From assembly GCA_021836035.1 (NCBI GenBank), contig JAKBJL010000002.1:151282-215281 (forward strand): DNA of 64,000 bases. The letters are read 5' to 3'. Source of the stretch: a bacterium (GTDB lineage Bacteria > Patescibacteriota > Microgenomatia > JAMCZE01). Positions 43,711 to 55,405 of the stretch are shown piece after piece; positions within the stretch are counted from its first letter, which is position 1, and each line of letters begins with the position of its first letter. The translations under genes and the position numbers were made by a program. A model generated the notes under the pieces. The model did not search any database. It was not told where the DNA came from and was given only the letters and a program-made list of their open reading frames with translations.

Positions 43711-45840
43711 TCATTTCTTCGTCAGAATCTGTTCCTGAATATTTCTGGGGACTTCTTCATAATGGGATGGTTCCATGTAATACGATGCCCGGCCCTGGGA
43801 CATACTGCGTAGCTTGGTAGCATAGCCGGAAAGCTCCGCCAGAGGCACCATGGCAATAATTACCGTCGCGTTCCCCCGCTGGGAAGTTCCCAATATCTGC
43901 GCCCGTTTTGCCGAAAGATCGCCGATGACGTCCCCCATAAATTCGTCAGGGGTAGTTACTTCCACTTTCATAATCGGCTCAATTAAAACCATATCAGCTT
44001 TTTTCACCGCATCCTGAAGAGCCATAGAGCCGGCTATCTGGAAGGCGATATCCGAGGAATCAACCTCATGATAAGAACCGTCAAACAAAGTAATTTTAAT
44101 ATCCGTCAGCGGAAAGCCGGCTAAAACGCCGTTGGCGGAAGCCTCCTTAGTGCCCTTTTCAATTGAAGGAATAAAGTCGGAAGGAATCGCGCCGCCTTTG
44201 ATGGCGTTAACAAATTCCCAACCTTCTCCGCGGGGCTTCGGCTCCACCCGGAGCAGAGCATGTCCGTATTGCCCCCGGCCTCCGGTCTGGCGGATATATT
44301 TCCCTTCGCCCTCAGCGTTTCTCTTGACGGTTTCTTTATAAGCCACCTGGGGGGCGCCGACATTGGTTTCGACGCTCATCTCCCGGCGCATACGGTCAAT
44401 CCAAACATCCAGTTGTAATTCTCCGATGCCGGAAATAATTGTCTGGCCCGTTTCTTTATCGGATTTCACATGGATTGTCGGGTCTTCTTCCATAATTCGC
44501 TGCAGGGCATAACCGAGCTTCTCCTGGTCCGACTTGGTCTTGGGTTCGATAGCGAGGGAGATAACCGGTTCGGGAAAAGAAATCCCTTCCAAAACAATAG
44601 GATGTGTCTGGTCGCAAATAGAATCTCCGGTCCGGGTTTCTTTAAAACCCACCACCGCCACAATTTCCCCGGCGTAAGCCTCATCAACCTCTTCCCGTTG
44701 GTTCGCATGCATTAAAAGAAGTCTTCCGATGCGCTCCTGTTTATCACGCGAAGAATTATAAATATACGAGCCTGCTTTCAGCGTTCCGGAATAAATCCGC
44801 ACATAATAAAGCTTCCCGACGTGCGGATCCAATTGGATTTTAAAAGCTAAACCGGTCAGAGGAACGCTGGTTTCCTGTTCCCGCGTTTCCTTTTCTCCCG
44901 TCTTGGGATTGACTCCCTCGACCGGAGGCCGGTCCAAAGGACTGGGCAAATAATCGACAATAGCGTCCAAAAGCGGTTGGACCCCTTTGTTTCGCAGCGA
45001 AGTACCCGTATAAATTGGTACCAATTGGTAATTGACAACCGCCTGGCGTAAAGCTTTCTTCAGCTCTTCTACCGTCGGTTTCTCACCGTTGAGATATTTT
45101 TCCAGCAACTTCTCGTCGGTTTCCGCAATTTGCTCGACCAACAGATGCCGGTATTCTTTCACTTTTTCCGGAGAAAGTTCCGGGGGAATTTCTTTTTTCA
45201 CTTCGTATTTAGCCCCCATATCGTCCCCGCCGGGGGTTTCGCCGCCGGGCGATAGCGGGCGGGCCCAGATATAAGCTTCTTCGGCCAGAAGATCATAAAC
45301 TCCCCTAAATGTACTCTCTACGCCAATCGGCAAAACCATAACCGCCGGCTTAACTCCCAGCCGGTTTTTAACCGCTTCCACCGTTTTATAAAAATCAGCG
45401 CCCAGTTTATCGATTTTATTAACAAAAATAATTCTGGGGACTTGATATTTATCCGCCTGGCGCCAAACCGTTTCCGTCTGCGATTGGACCGTTTCTTCCG
45501 CGTCCAGTATGGTCACCGCTCCGTCAAGAACGCGCAAAGAACGTTCTACTTCCGCCGTAAAATCCACATGCCCCGGGGTATCAATAATATTGATGCGGAT
45601 ATCTTTCCAGAAGGTGGTCGTAGCCGCAGAAACGATAGTAATTCCCCGTTCCCGCTCTTGGGGCATCCAATCCATTTGGGTCGTTCCCTCGTCGATATCG
45701 CCGATCTTATAAGTTTTCCCGGTATAAAATAGAATCCTCTCGGTTGTGGTTGTTTTTCCCGCGTCAATATGCGCAATAATCCCGATATTTCTGATTCTAT
45801 CGAGCGGGTAAATCCTTGATTTGGTTTTTCCTTCCGCCAT
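43711..45840 (-). CDS. fusA: Elongation factor G
   Basis: IRNIGIIAHIDAGKTTTTERIL, DTPGHVDF, full five-domain length. Start set at ATG 45838-45840 (MAEGKTK), two codons inside the ORF-track TTG. Confidence 0.95.
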   Translation of the reverse strand: MAEGKTKSRIYPLDRIRNIGIIAHIDAGKTTTTERILFYTGKTYKIGDIDEGTTQMDWMPQERERGITIVSAATTTFWKDIRINIIDTPGHVDFTAEVERSLRVLDGAVTILDAEETVQSQTETVWRQADKYQVPRIIFVNKIDKLGADFYKTVEAVKNRLGVKPAVMVLPIGVESTFRGVYDLLAEEAYIWARPLSPGGETPGGDDMGAKYEVKKEIPPELSPEKVKEYRHLLVEQIAETDEKLLEKYLNGEKPTVEELKKALRQAVVNYQLVPIYTGTSLRNKGVQPLLDAIVDYLPSPLDRPPVEGVNPKTGEKETREQETSVPLTGLAFKIQLDPHVGKLYYVRIYSGTLKAGSYIYNSSRDKQERIGRLLLMHANQREEVDEAYAGEIVAVVGFKETRTGDSICDQTHPIVLEGISFPEPVISLAIEPKTKSDQEKLGYALQRIMEEDPTIHVKSDKETGQTIISGIGELQLDVWIDRMRREMSVETNVGAPQVAYKETVKRNAEGEGKYIRQTGGRGQYGHALLRVEPKPRGEGWEFVNAIKGGAIPSDFIPSIEKGTKEASANGVLAGFPLTDIKITLFDGSYHEVDSSDIAFQIAGSMALQDAVKKADMVLIEPIMKVEVTTPDEFMGDVIGDLSAKRAQILGTSQRGNATVIIAMVPLAELSGYATKLRSMSQGRASYYMEPSHYEEVPRNIQEQILTKK

Positions 45841-45853
45841 AGCCAAAAAATTC

Positions 45854-45890
45854 GTGCCGCATCTACGGCACTATTATGACAATTATAACA
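45854..45890 (-). promoter_or_regulatory. Extended -10 promoter-like TGtTATAAT (45882-45890) followed by hairpin gtgccg-tagatg-cggcac (45854-45871) and a U6 tract immediately before the fusA start
   Basis: Minus strand reads ttttgttataattgtcataatagtgccgtagatgcggcacgaattttttggctATG. No -35 is recognisable. Confidence 0.4.
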
Positions 45891-45985
45891 AAACGCTCCG
45901 GTTAAGGGAATCCCTATTCGATAATTAAACAGGCGCTAATCGCGCCCTTCGCAAGGCCTCCCCTTGCAGGCTTTGATAAGAGGAG

Positions 45986-46576
45986 TTACTGAACTTTTGC
46001 CGTCGCAGCCGCCAGAGATGGTTCTCTGCGTAAGGCAATTTGCTTCAGCTCCCGGGCTACGACAATATTGGGTATTATTTTCCCCCACCACTCTTGTCTG
46101 GCTAAATCCTCTTCTGATACCGGGCGGGGATGAAGGGGTTGTAACTTATCAAAAATATCTATCCCGACTTCCTCGAGCCCTTTATGCGCTAGTTGGCGCA
46201 CAACGCTATCCGCCTTCTGTTTTACCGTACGGGCTGTTTCTGCAAGCGTCGCCCCCGAGAATTTAGCGGCATCGGTTTCCTTTTGCCGGCGTTCTACGCA
46301 CTGCCGCATGGATAAAGCCAGTTTCCCCTTTTTAAAAGGGACCGCTACCGTCAAACCGATTTGGGGGTATTCGCTTAGTAGCGTAGCCATGGCATAAGTA
46401 TCTAGAGGACTGGTGTCTTCGTGTGCCGCAAGTTTAAGAAGATAGAGATACTTATCCTGGGAAGCACTGGGAAATTTCTCCTGGCGGGCATTATATTTGG
46501 CCAAAACTGCCAGGTAAATATTTTGCCATTTCTTAGCCTCCGTAATATCTAAAACCTCTTTTTCCGATAGTTCCAT
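45986..46576 (-). CDS. Hypothetical protein (196 aa) inserted between rpsG and fusA
   Basis: ORF MELSEKEVLDITEAKKWQNIYLAVLAKYNARQ... with no recognisable family. Two small hairpins (gcaagg-ggag-ccttgc, ggcgc-gatta-gcgcc) follow its stop. Confidence 0.5.
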   Translation of the reverse strand: MELSEKEVLDITEAKKWQNIYLAVLAKYNARQEKFPSASQDKYLYLLKLAAHEDTSPLDTYAMATLLSEYPQIGLTVAVPFKKGKLALSMRQCVERRQKETDAAKFSGATLAETARTVKQKADSVVRQLAHKGLEEVGIDIFDKLQPLHPRPVSEEDLARQEWWGKIIPNIVVARELKQIALRREPSLAAATAKVQ

Positions 46577-46682
46577 TAAAGATAATTATATAACGCGCTA
46601 CAAACCATTGCCACGGCTATCGGGTAAAATCGGGCTCAATTGCCATTAAGGCGAAATCATTTTCCAGTCTACTCTCGTCAAC

Positions 46683-46859
46683 GTGAAACCCGCTAGGGTA
46701 TTAGGCATTGTTATCGTCGTCCTTCTTTTGTTTATTGACTGGCTTACTTTTCATGATTTATTAGAACCGCACAACCCTCGCGACTGGTTAACTTTTTTAG
46801 TTTCAGTCATGGTTTTTATCTACTTTGCCGGGGAACTTTTAAAAAAATCCTTACGTTAG
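46683..46859 (+). CDS. Possible tiny 2-TM membrane protein (58 aa, GTG start), antisense to the str operon
   Basis: VKPARVLGIVIVVLLLFIDWLTFHDLLEPHNPRDWLTFLVSVMVFIYFAGELLKKSLR. Below the ORF-track threshold and has no RBS. Confidence 0.2.
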   Translation: MKPARVLGIVIVVLLLFIDWLTFHDLLEPHNPRDWLTFLVSVMVFIYFAGELLKKSLR

Positions 46860-47164
46860 CCGACGCAGGAGTAGAAACTTTCGTGAATCATATAGCCCAA
46901 ACTATATCCGTGTAAAAGCACTACGCCGTTGCATAATGGTTTTACTTTTAAAACGGAGCAAAGGGCGCCATTTGCAAAGCCTGGGGTATTTAATTCTTTT
47001 CGGAAATTTATGTTCGGGGAATATTTTTGGGAAGGATTCGTGGGCTACTCTCATCATCGCGGGCCATCTTTTTCTCCTCGGGAACTTAAAGCCCCAGTCG
47101 GTTAATTAGGTGGGGACCGTTGGCTACCTGGCAGCAGAGATATCCTCTTTAAAACCCAAGTTTT

Positions 47165-47650
47165 TTACCAGCGGAAGTGGGCAAACGCTTTGTTGGCCTC
47201 TGCCATTTTGTGAACCTGGTCGCGTTTTTTAATCGCCCCGCCCTGGCCGGCGAGGACATCGGTAATCTCCGCAGCCAATTTTTCCGCAAAGGTATGATAT
47301 TGCTTGTTGGAGCGGGCCCGGGCGGCATCGATTAACCAGCGCATAGCTAAATGCACTTTCCGTTCACCGCGTACTTCCACGGGAATCTGATAAGAAGCCC
47401 CGCCGACACGGCGCGGGCGGACTTCCATCCGCGGCGCAACCGTTTGAATAGCGGTCTCAAAAGTTTTAACCGGTTCTCCCTCCCCGGGATTCTTAGTTTC
47501 TAAGCTCTTCAGAGCTTCATAAACCTGCTTAGCGGCAGCACCTTTTTTCCCGTCGCGCATTACTTTATTGATAAATTTTCCCAGCAAACGGTTTCCGTAA
47601 ACCGGATCGGGAGTAGCTAGTTTTTTAAATATTTTTTTCGATCTGGGCAT
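47165..47650 (-). CDS. rpsG: 30S ribosomal protein S7
   Basis: MPRSKKIFKKLATPDPVYGNRLLGKFINKVMRDGKK. Confidence 0.9.
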   Translation of the reverse strand: MPRSKKIFKKLATPDPVYGNRLLGKFINKVMRDGKKGAAAKQVYEALKSLETKNPGEGEPVKTFETAIQTVAPRMEVRPRRVGGASYQIPVEVRGERKVHLAMRWLIDAARARSNKQYHTFAEKLAAEITDVLAGQGGAIKKRDQVHKMAEANKAFAHFRW

Positions 47651-47691
47651 AGCTAATTATTTTTATTTCTTATTTCCTATTTTTTATTTGA

Positions 47692-48150
47692 TTATGCGGC
47701 AGAGGCGGGTGCAGCTACCGGGTTTTCCAGGCGCGGACCGGCACCGCCTTTTTTAGCCCCGTATTTGCTGCGACCCTGCATGCGGCCATGCACCCCGGAA
47801 GTATCGAATTTGCCCCGGACAATATGGTACTTAACCCCAGGTAAATCCTTAACCCGGCCGCCACGGACCAATACAATTGAATGTTCCGCCAGCTCGTGAC
47901 CGATCCCCGGAATATAAGCCGTCACTTCCTGCTTATTAGACAACCGGACACGGGCAACTTTTCTCAGCGCCGAATTCGGTTTTTTCGGAGTCATCGTTTT
48001 CACCACGGTGCAAACTCCCCGTTTAAAAGGCGAGGCAATCGTCTTTATCCGCCGTTCCCGAGCGTTAAAAAACTTCCTGAGCGCTGTCGCCCGGACTTTT
48101 TTCGCGTTCGGGTGACGTCCTTTTTTGATCAATTGGTTAATCGTCGGCAT
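47692..48150 (-). CDS. rpsL: 30S ribosomal protein S12 (152 aa; N-terminal insertion and ~20-aa C-terminal extension)
   Basis: [32 protein letters not shown]...[21 protein letters not shown], plus [24 protein letters not shown] near the N-terminus and a [17 protein letters not shown] tail. Confidence 0.9.
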   Translation of the reverse strand: MPTINQLIKKGRHPNAKKVRATALRKFFNARERRIKTIASPFKRGVCTVVKTMTPKKPNSALRKVARVRLSNKQEVTAYIPGIGHELAEHSIVLVRGGRVKDLPGVKYHIVRGKFDTSGVHGRMQGRSKYGAKKGGAGPRLENPVAAPASAA

Positions 48151-48151
48151 A

Positions 48152-51100
48152 TTATTCGCCTATCCTCGCCCGATCCGGTGAGGTCGGGATTAAACGTCCG
48201 ATAATAACATTTTCCTTAATCCCCAGTAAAGGATCTTCATTCTTGCGGCTACCCAAAGCCGTATCCGCCAAAACATTGGTCGTCTGTTCAAAGCTGGCTG
48301 CCGAAAGCCAGGAATCAGTAAATAAAGCAGCCTTAGTAACACCAAGGACGGAAACTTGTGCTGTTGCCGGTTCGCCGCCTTCTGCGAGCACCCGGGCGTT
48401 CTCTTCTTCAAAACGGGATTTTTCTAAAATTTCCCCCGGCAGGAGGTAGGTATCGCCGGCAGTTTCCACGACTACTTTATCCGACATCTTACGGACAATA
48501 ACCTCAAAATGTTTATCATTGATGGGAATTCCCTGCGATTCGTAAACCGCCTGCAACTCTAAAATCAAATAAAGTTGCGCTGCCCGCATCCCCCTGATGG
48601 AAAGAATCTCCTTAACATCCAAAAATCCGCTGGCTAATTGCGTCCCCGGAACAACCAAATCTCCTTCAGCCACTTTGAGTGTCGCCGTCAGGGGGATTAA
48701 ATATTCCCGTTCTTCTACCGGTTTAATATCTACACTCCTGACCCGTACTTTGTAACCGTCGTCGGTGTCGGTAATACTTACTTTCCCGGCAATTTCCGCA
48801 ATCGGGGAGAGAGCTTTGGGCGTCCGGATTTCAAACAGCTCCTCAACCCGCGGCAACCCCTGAGTTACATCCATGGCGACAATACCGCCAGTGTGTTTGG
48901 TCCGTAAAGTCAGCTGAGTTCCCGGCTCCCCGATCGATTGGGCGGCTATAACTCCGACGGGGGTTCCCAACTCCACCATCTCTCGGGTGGAAAGATCCCG
49001 GCCGTAACATTTCCGGCAGAGGCCGAATTTCGACCGGCAGGAAAGCGGCGAACGGACAACCACGCTTTCTACTTTTGCTTCCTCCAACTGCCCTAATTTT
49101 TCCTCATCAATTAACTCCCCGGCGGAAAGTGTTGTTTTTTTACCGACCACCACATCCTGAGCCAATATCCGGCCCAGGATTCTCTGGCCGAAAGTAACCA
49201 TTCTCTTTTCCGCCCGATTTATCTCCACTCCTTCTGTCGTACCGCAATCTTCTTCACGAATAATTAAATCGTGAGATACATCAACCAACCGCCGGGTAAG
49301 ATAACCGGCATCCGCCGTTCTTAAAGCGGTGTCCGCAAGACCTTTGCGGCTGCCGCGCGTCCCGGTCACGTATTCAAATACGGAAAGTCCCTGGCGAAAA
49401 TTGGACTTTGTCGGCATAGGAACAATTTTCCCTGTCGGGTCAGCCATCAAACCCCGCATTCCGGATACCTGTTTAACCGTATCCCGGCTGGCACGGGTAC
49501 CTCCGGAGCTGATAAGCATCTTTACCGGATTGTTTGCCGGATATTTTTCCCAAGTTAAATCCGTAATCCGGTCCGTCGCTTCCAGCCAGTTGTCAATGCT
49601 TAACCTGCGGACCTCGTCGGCAGTAATCAACCCCTGGCTGAAATTGCTTTCAATTTCGATGTCTTTAGCTTCTGCTTCCTTAACAATCTCTTCTTTGTCA
49701 GGTACCATAAGAAGGTCAAAGATACCGACGGAAACTCCGGAAAGAGTGCTGCCCTGGAAACCGAAGTCCTTCAGTTTGTCTGCCAGCAGCGCGACTTCCT
49801 GACGGCTGCATTGATTCATTGCCCGCGCTAAAAGCTTTTTAACCGCGGACAGGGACATCGTCTCGTTGACAAACCGCAGGTTTTCCGGCAAAAGTTCATT
49901 CAGCAGAATCCGGCCGACAGTGGTTTCCAGGAGGTCACCGTCATAAAAGACTTTAATTTTCTGGCGCAATTGGATCTTTTTATTCTGGTATGCCTGAATC
50001 GCTTCGCTAAAATCCGCGAATATAGAATCGTTGACCGGAATATTTTCATCCAGGGTCGTGAGCATATAGGTCCCCAGGACCATTTCTTTGCTGGGAGAAA
50101 TAATCGGCGAACCGTCCGCGGGTTTTAGCAAGTTGCTGTCTGCCATCATTAAATTTACCGCTTCCGCTTTAGAAGCTGAAGAAAGGGGAACATGAACGGC
50201 CATCTGGTCGCCGTCAAAGTCCGCATTAAAGCCGGAGCAAACCAAAGGATGCAGCTGTATGGCAGACCCTTCGATTAATATCGGATAAAAAGCCTGGATA
50301 CCCAATTTATGCAAAGTCGGAGCCCGGTTTAAAAGAACGGGGCGGTTTTTGATTATTTCTTCCAAGATATCAAACACCTCCGGGATGCGCCGCTCCAAAA
50401 CATATTTAGCGCTCCGGACGTTGGGAGCCAGGCCTCTTAAAATCAATTCATGCAAAACAAACGGCTTAAACATCTCCAGGGCCATTTCTTTAGGAAGCCC
50501 GCACTGATTCAATTTCAGGTGCGGCCCGACGACAATTACCGAGCGCCCGCTGTAATCGACCCGCTTGCCCAGTAAATTCTGGCGGAAGCGCCCCTGTTTA
50601 CCGCGAAGCATATCCGATAAAGATTTCAATTCCTGCGCCGCCGCCCGGGTCGTCGGCCGCTGCGAAGCATCAATCAGCGAATCGACCGCCTCCTGGAGCA
50701 TCCTTTTTTCATTGCGGAGAATTATTTCCGGAGCTCCTAAACTCATCAGATGCTTAAGGCGGTTATTGCGGTTTATCACCCGGCGATAGAGATCGTTAAG
50801 GTCCGAGGTGGCGAAACGGCCTCCGGAAAGTTGGACCATCGGCCGAAGATCCGGTGGAATTACCGGTAAAACCGTTAGAATCATCCACTCCGGCCGGATT
50901 TTGGTTCTCCTTAAGCCATCCACAACTCTTAATTGTTTGGTTAGCTTCAGGCGATTCCCGGCGGAAACGGTCATTAGTTGTTCACGCAGATCCGCGGCCA
51001 TTTTATCCAGATTGATCTTGCGAAGCACTTCCAGGAGTGCTTCGGCACCCATACCGACCCGGATAAAGTCCGCAGCCTCGTATTCAACCAGTTTCAGGTA

Positions 51101-51862
51101 TTCATCTTCCGAAAGCTGCGAATGGGGGCGGACTTCCTTTACCAGCTGTCCCAGGGTCTTATAAATCTCGTCCAGCCGTGAAAGTTCCAGCGCTTTCTGG
51201 TCGTTCAACCGCGCCAATTGTTGCCGGCTGTTAACTTCAATTTCGGAAATTGCCAGCCTTAACTGATCCTCACCTTTAATTTTTTTCTGGGTATCCGCGA
51301 TTTTTTCTCTGGTCGCTTTTTCTTCCGCGGCAATAAGGTCCGCAAAATTCTTCTCCAGTTCTTTGTGCCGCCCGTCCATCGTCTGCTTAAGCTGCTTGAG
51401 AACTTTTTCCTTTTGATCCTCCTGAACATCCAGAACCAGAAAGGAAGCAAAGTAGATAACATTTTCCAGAGCCCGCGGCGCGATATCGAGGAGAAGCGAA
51501 ATCTTGGAAGGCGTCCCCTTGAAATACCAAACGTGAGCCGCGGGTGCCGCCAGACTGATATGCCCCATCCGCTCCCGGCGGACCTTGCTCTGAGTTACCT
51601 CCACGCCGCATTTGTCGCAGACAATTCCCCGGTAACGGATGCGTTTATATTTGCCGCAGTAACATTCCCAATCTTTGGTCGGACCGAAAATATTTTCCGA
51701 AAAGAGGCCGTCTTTTTCCGGTTTCAAAGTCCGGTAGTTGATCGTTTCCGGTTTAAGCACCTCCCCGTGCGACCATGAGAGAATCGCTTCCGGAGAAGCC
51801 AGTTCTAACTTCAACCCCCGGAAATCGATAATATTGGCAATGGAATCGTTTGGTTTAACCAT
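48152..51862 (-). CDS. rpoC: DNA-directed RNA polymerase subunit beta'
   Basis: 1236 aa. Zinc-finger [23 protein letters not shown] and the catalytic NADFDGD motif. Confidence 0.95.
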   Translation of the reverse strand: MVKPNDSIANIIDFRGLKLELASPEAILSWSHGEVLKPETINYRTLKPEKDGLFSENIFGPTKDWECYCGKYKRIRYRGIVCDKCGVEVTQSKVRRERMGHISLAAPAAHVWYFKGTPSKISLLLDIAPRALENVIYFASFLVLDVQEDQKEKVLKQLKQTMDGRHKELEKNFADLIAAEEKATREKIADTQKKIKGEDQLRLAISEIEVNSRQQLARLNDQKALELSRLDEIYKTLGQLVKEVRPHSQLSEDEYLKLVEYEAADFIRVGMGAEALLEVLRKINLDKMAADLREQLMTVSAGNRLKLTKQLRVVDGLRRTKIRPEWMILTVLPVIPPDLRPMVQLSGGRFATSDLNDLYRRVINRNNRLKHLMSLGAPEIILRNEKRMLQEAVDSLIDASQRPTTRAAAQELKSLSDMLRGKQGRFRQNLLGKRVDYSGRSVIVVGPHLKLNQCGLPKEMALEMFKPFVLHELILRGLAPNVRSAKYVLERRIPEVFDILEEIIKNRPVLLNRAPTLHKLGIQAFYPILIEGSAIQLHPLVCSGFNADFDGDQMAVHVPLSSASKAEAVNLMMADSNLLKPADGSPIISPSKEMVLGTYMLTTLDENIPVNDSIFADFSEAIQAYQNKKIQLRQKIKVFYDGDLLETTVGRILLNELLPENLRFVNETMSLSAVKKLLARAMNQCSRQEVALLADKLKDFGFQGSTLSGVSVGIFDLLMVPDKEEIVKEAEAKDIEIESNFSQGLITADEVRRLSIDNWLEATDRITDLTWEKYPANNPVKMLISSGGTRASRDTVKQVSGMRGLMADPTGKIVPMPTKSNFRQGLSVFEYVTGTRGSRKGLADTALRTADAGYLTRRLVDVSHDLIIREEDCGTTEGVEINRAEKRMVTFGQRILGRILAQDVVVGKKTTLSAGELIDEEKLGQLEEAKVESVVVRSPLSCRSKFGLCRKCYGRDLSTREMVELGTPVGVIAAQSIGEPGTQLTLRTKHTGGIVAMDVTQGLPRVEELFEIRTPKALSPIAEIAGKVSITDTDDGYKVRVRSVDIKPVEEREYLIPLTATLKVAEGDLVVPGTQLASGFLDVKEILSIRGMRAAQLYLILELQAVYESQGIPINDKHFEVIVRKMSDKVVVETAGDTYLLPGEILEKSRFEEENARVLAEGGEPATAQVSVLGVTKAALFTDSWLSAASFEQTTNVLADTALGSRKNEDPLLGIKENVIIGRLIPTSPDRARIGE

Positions 51863-51864
51863 AT

Positions 51865-54800
51865 TTATTCCTTATTCGTATTCGTTCCGTCGTTGCCCGC
51901 TGCTTCGCCGGCCTCGCCTTTCGCCTGTTCGACCTCCATTGGTCCCTGATCGGCCGTCAGCTCCCTCGTCGGTACGGCCACCGCCCCGAGTTCCAGTTCC
52001 AATTCTTCCGCTGCCGTCTTCGCTTTTGATTCTTCCGAAAGCTCAGCAAAAGCCGCCGCCCCCGTCTGCTGTTGCGCGGTTATAGCTCCCGTCGGAATAA
52101 TATTTAAACCCAACCCCTGCAATTCTTTAACCAGGACTTTAAAAGACTCCGGAACGGTTGACTGGGGAATATCGACACCCTTAACAATCGCTTCAAAAGC
52201 TTTTGCCCGACCGATGACATCGTCGGATTTAATCGTCAGCATTTCCTGCAAAGTATAGGCAGCACGGTGCGCCTCGAGAGCCCAGACTTCCATTTCTCCC
52301 AAACGCTGCCCGCCCATACGGGCTTTGCCGCCCAGCGGTTGCTGGGTGACCAAAGAGTACGGACCGGTCGAGCGGGCGTGAGTTTTATCCTCGACCATAT
52401 GGGTAAGTTTGAGTATATAAGCTTTACCCACGACGATTTTTTGTTCGAACGGTTCTCCCGACCTTCCGTCAAAAACTTCTATTTTTCCGTCTGCCGGCAA
52501 TCCCGCTTTCTTTAAAGCGTCGACCAGCCAATCTTCGGGAATATTTTCAAATACCGGAACGGAAACGTAACCGGAAATTTTATCCATGGCCCAACCGAGA
52601 TGCGCTTCTAAAATCTGGCCTAAGTTCATCCGGCCGAGAACCGACAGCGGGGAAATAATTATATCGACCGGCGTACCGTCCGCTAAATGCGGCATGTCCG
52701 CGACCGGGACGATCCGGGAAATAACCCCCTTGTTGCCGTGGCGTCCGGCTATTTTATCGCCGACTTCCACTTTCCGCAGCTGCGCTACTTTGACTTTAAT
52801 CAATTTATTGGTTCCCGGCGGCAGTTCGTCCCCCGCTTCTTTATCTAAAATCTGGATCCCGATTATCGTGCCTTTTTCACCGTGCGGCATCCTTAGGGAT
52901 GTATCATGAACTTCGCGTGCTTTTTCGCCGAAAATCGCCCTTAAAAGTCTTTCTTCTGCCGAAAGTTCCGTCTCTCCTTTGGGCTGGATTTTACCGACCA
53001 AAATATCATTCGGGCCGACATCGGTTCCGACAACAACAATCCCCGTTTCGTCCAGGTTTGCCAAATCGCTTTCGCCAACATTGGGAATATCCCGGGTAAT
53101 TTCTTCCGGACCCAGTTTAGTATCGACAACTTCCGCCTGGTACTCTTCGATATGAATGCTTGTTAGGGTATCATCTTCCACTAACCGCTCGGATACGACA
53201 ATAGCGTCTTCATAACCGAAACCTTCGAAATGCATATAGGCGATTGTCAGGTTGGCACCAAGGGCCAGTTCTCCGTTTACCGTTGCCGGCCCGTCAATGA
53301 GAATATCCCCTGTTTTTACCCGATCGCCGGCATTAACTACCGTCCGCTGGCTGTAACAACCGCTATTGGGATTAGTCCGCACAAATTTATTTACCCAATA
53401 AGTTTCCGTATCCTGCCCGTCGAATTTTTTATCCAATTTGACAACTACTTTAATGCCGTCGGAGAAACTAACAGTACCGGCGTGTTCCGCCCGGCGTACC
53501 CAGCCCATCGCCTCGGCAATTTCGCCTTCCATTCCCGTCCCGACCACCGGCCGCTGAGGGGTAACCAAAGGCACGGTTTGCGCCTGCATGTTAGAGCCCA
53601 TTAAAGCCCGGATGCCGTCGTCATGAGCCAGAAAGGGAATAAGCGATGCGGCGGTCCCGACAATTTCCCGGGGAACAATATCCATAAAGTCCGCCTCTTC
53701 TGCCGGAACTTCAATGAATTCCCCGCGGTATCTTACCGGCACCCGCTCGTCGGTTAAAACCCCGTCGGTGCTCAGTCCCACCCCGGCGTGGGTAATTTTA
53801 AAGTTGCGCTCATCGTCCGCGGCCATATAGACAATCTCGTCAGTAATCAGAACCTTTTTCCCCCGCTTTTCCAATTTGCGATAAGGAGCAACCAAAAAAC
53901 CGTACTCGTCGATTTTGGCATAAAGGGACATGTAGGTTACTAAACCGATGTTCGGACCTTCCGGTGAGCGGACGGGACAAATCCGGCCGTATTGGCTGGA
54001 ATTAATATCCCGGATGGAAAAACTGGCTCTCTCCCGGGAAATGCCTCCGGTACCCATCACGGATAATTTACGAAGACTATCCACTTCCGAAAGCGGATTA
54101 GTTTGATCAAGGATCGCTGATAATTGGGAGGTGCGGAAAAATTCGTTGATAGCTGAAATAATCGGCCGGGCGTTGACCACCTGATTCGGCATCGCCTTAA
54201 CCTTGATGTCCAACATGCTCATCCGCTCTTTAACCGCCCGTTCCAGTCTCAAGAGTCCGATCCGAAAAGCGGCGTTGCCGACCAGCTCCCCAACCCGCCG
54301 CACCCGACGGTTGGCCAAATGATCAATATCGTCAACCTCCCCGCTGCCTTGCTGTAACTTAATCAGATATTTAACGGTGGCAATAATATCGTCGCGGGTC
54401 AAAATCCAGCTTTGCTCCTCGTTCGGAGTAGACAATCCCAGCCGCCTGTTGAGTTTATAACGTCCTACTTTGCCTAAGTTATAGCGGCGGGGGTTAAAGA
54501 AAAGGTTTTTAATATACTCCTGGGCGGTTTCCAAAAGCACCGGTTCTCCGGGGCGCATCTTTTTATAAATTTCCATGGTGGCTTCGGCAGAACCCCGGGT
54601 GTTGTCTTTCTTGATCGTATTTTCGACATAGGAAATATCGCCTTTATTATCTACGTCGGCAAAAGTCTTAAATAATTCCTCATCGCTGCCCAACCCCAGA
54701 GCGCGGAGAAATGTAGTCACAGGAAATTTTCTCCGGCGGTCAATGCGGACAGATACAACACCGTTGCGGCTCACGTTAAATTCCAGCCAGCTGCCGCGTA

Positions 54801-55293
54801 GCGGCCTTACCTCCGCAAAGTACAAAGCGCGGCCGGTCACCGGATCGATATCGCCCAGAAAATAAACCCCGGGAGAGCGGACCAATTGGTTGACGACATT
54901 TCTTTCGATTCCGTTGACAATAAAGGTCCCGCGCGGAGTCATCACCGGGATATCGCCTAAAAATACCTCCTGGGTAGTTTTTTCACCGGTTTGTTTGTTC
55001 ATCAAAGTCGCTTCCACTTTAAGAGGCATATCGAAAGTCTGGCCCTTCTCGATACATTCGACAGCGGTTCTTTTGGGAAGACCGAAAGAATGAGCGGCGA
55101 AAGTAAGCGTCCAGTTCTTACCGGTAAAATCTTCAATGGGGGAAATTTCCGCTAACAAATGCGGGATGTCATTTTGCAGGAAATCATCGTACGATTCCCT
55201 TTGCGGTTTAACCAGGTCTAAATTGGGAAGATTGGAAAACTCTTTACCCCAATATAACCTTTTCGGATTACTGTCGGCTGCGGTTTTTTTCAT
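51865..55293 (-). CDS. rpoB: DNA-directed RNA polymerase subunit beta
   Basis: 1142 aa. Conserved beta-subunit blocks (e.g. [19 protein letters not shown]), immediately upstream of rpoC. Confidence 0.95.
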   Translation of the reverse strand: MKKTAADSNPKRLYWGKEFSNLPNLDLVKPQRESYDDFLQNDIPHLLAEISPIEDFTGKNWTLTFAAHSFGLPKRTAVECIEKGQTFDMPLKVEATLMNKQTGEKTTQEVFLGDIPVMTPRGTFIVNGIERNVVNQLVRSPGVYFLGDIDPVTGRALYFAEVRPLRGSWLEFNVSRNGVVSVRIDRRRKFPVTTFLRALGLGSDEELFKTFADVDNKGDISYVENTIKKDNTRGSAEATMEIYKKMRPGEPVLLETAQEYIKNLFFNPRRYNLGKVGRYKLNRRLGLSTPNEEQSWILTRDDIIATVKYLIKLQQGSGEVDDIDHLANRRVRRVGELVGNAAFRIGLLRLERAVKERMSMLDIKVKAMPNQVVNARPIISAINEFFRTSQLSAILDQTNPLSEVDSLRKLSVMGTGGISRERASFSIRDINSSQYGRICPVRSPEGPNIGLVTYMSLYAKIDEYGFLVAPYRKLEKRGKKVLITDEIVYMAADDERNFKITHAGVGLSTDGVLTDERVPVRYRGEFIEVPAEEADFMDIVPREIVGTAASLIPFLAHDDGIRALMGSNMQAQTVPLVTPQRPVVGTGMEGEIAEAMGWVRRAEHAGTVSFSDGIKVVVKLDKKFDGQDTETYWVNKFVRTNPNSGCYSQRTVVNAGDRVKTGDILIDGPATVNGELALGANLTIAYMHFEGFGYEDAIVVSERLVEDDTLTSIHIEEYQAEVVDTKLGPEEITRDIPNVGESDLANLDETGIVVVGTDVGPNDILVGKIQPKGETELSAEERLLRAIFGEKAREVHDTSLRMPHGEKGTIIGIQILDKEAGDELPPGTNKLIKVKVAQLRKVEVGDKIAGRHGNKGVISRIVPVADMPHLADGTPVDIIISPLSVLGRMNLGQILEAHLGWAMDKISGYVSVPVFENIPEDWLVDALKKAGLPADGKIEVFDGRSGEPFEQKIVVGKAYILKLTHMVEDKTHARSTGPYSLVTQQPLGGKARMGGQRLGEMEVWALEAHRAAYTLQEMLTIKSDDVIGRAKAFEAIVKGVDIPQSTVPESFKVLVKELQGLGLNIIPTGAITAQQQTGAAAFAELSEESKAKTAAEELELELGAVAVPTRELTADQGPMEVEQAKGEAGEAAGNDGTNTNKE

Positions 55294-55365
55294 TAGTCGT
55301 TAAACGACGACAAATAAAAGCGTACCAACAAAATGTACGCCTAAAAATTTATTCAACTGGAAGCT

Positions 55366-55395
55366 ATTATAGCCTAACGGGAGTTATTTTGTCAA
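55366..55395 (-). promoter_or_regulatory. Consensus sigma70-type promoter for rpoBC: TTGACA (55390-55395), 18-nt spacer, TATAAT (55366-55371)
   Basis: Minus strand reads ggTTGACAaaataactcccgttaggcTATAATagc, about 70 nt upstream of the rpoB ATG. Confidence 0.65.
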
Positions 55396-55405
55396 CCACC
55401 AAAAC

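Noticed and set aside
46860-47164. tRNA or other RNA gene in the rpsG-proximal non-coding stretch
   Set aside because: No T-loop (GTTCRANYC) or acceptor-stem arrangement could be recognised by eye. Not called.
33081-55293. Numerous plus-strand ORFs across the ribosomal/rpoBC block (e.g. 37524-38294, 42600-43424, 44132-45732, 49329-49802, 50565-51778, 52267-53604)
   Set aside because: They are antisense to strongly supported, highly conserved genes and have Arg/Ser/Pro-rich translations typical of reverse frames.
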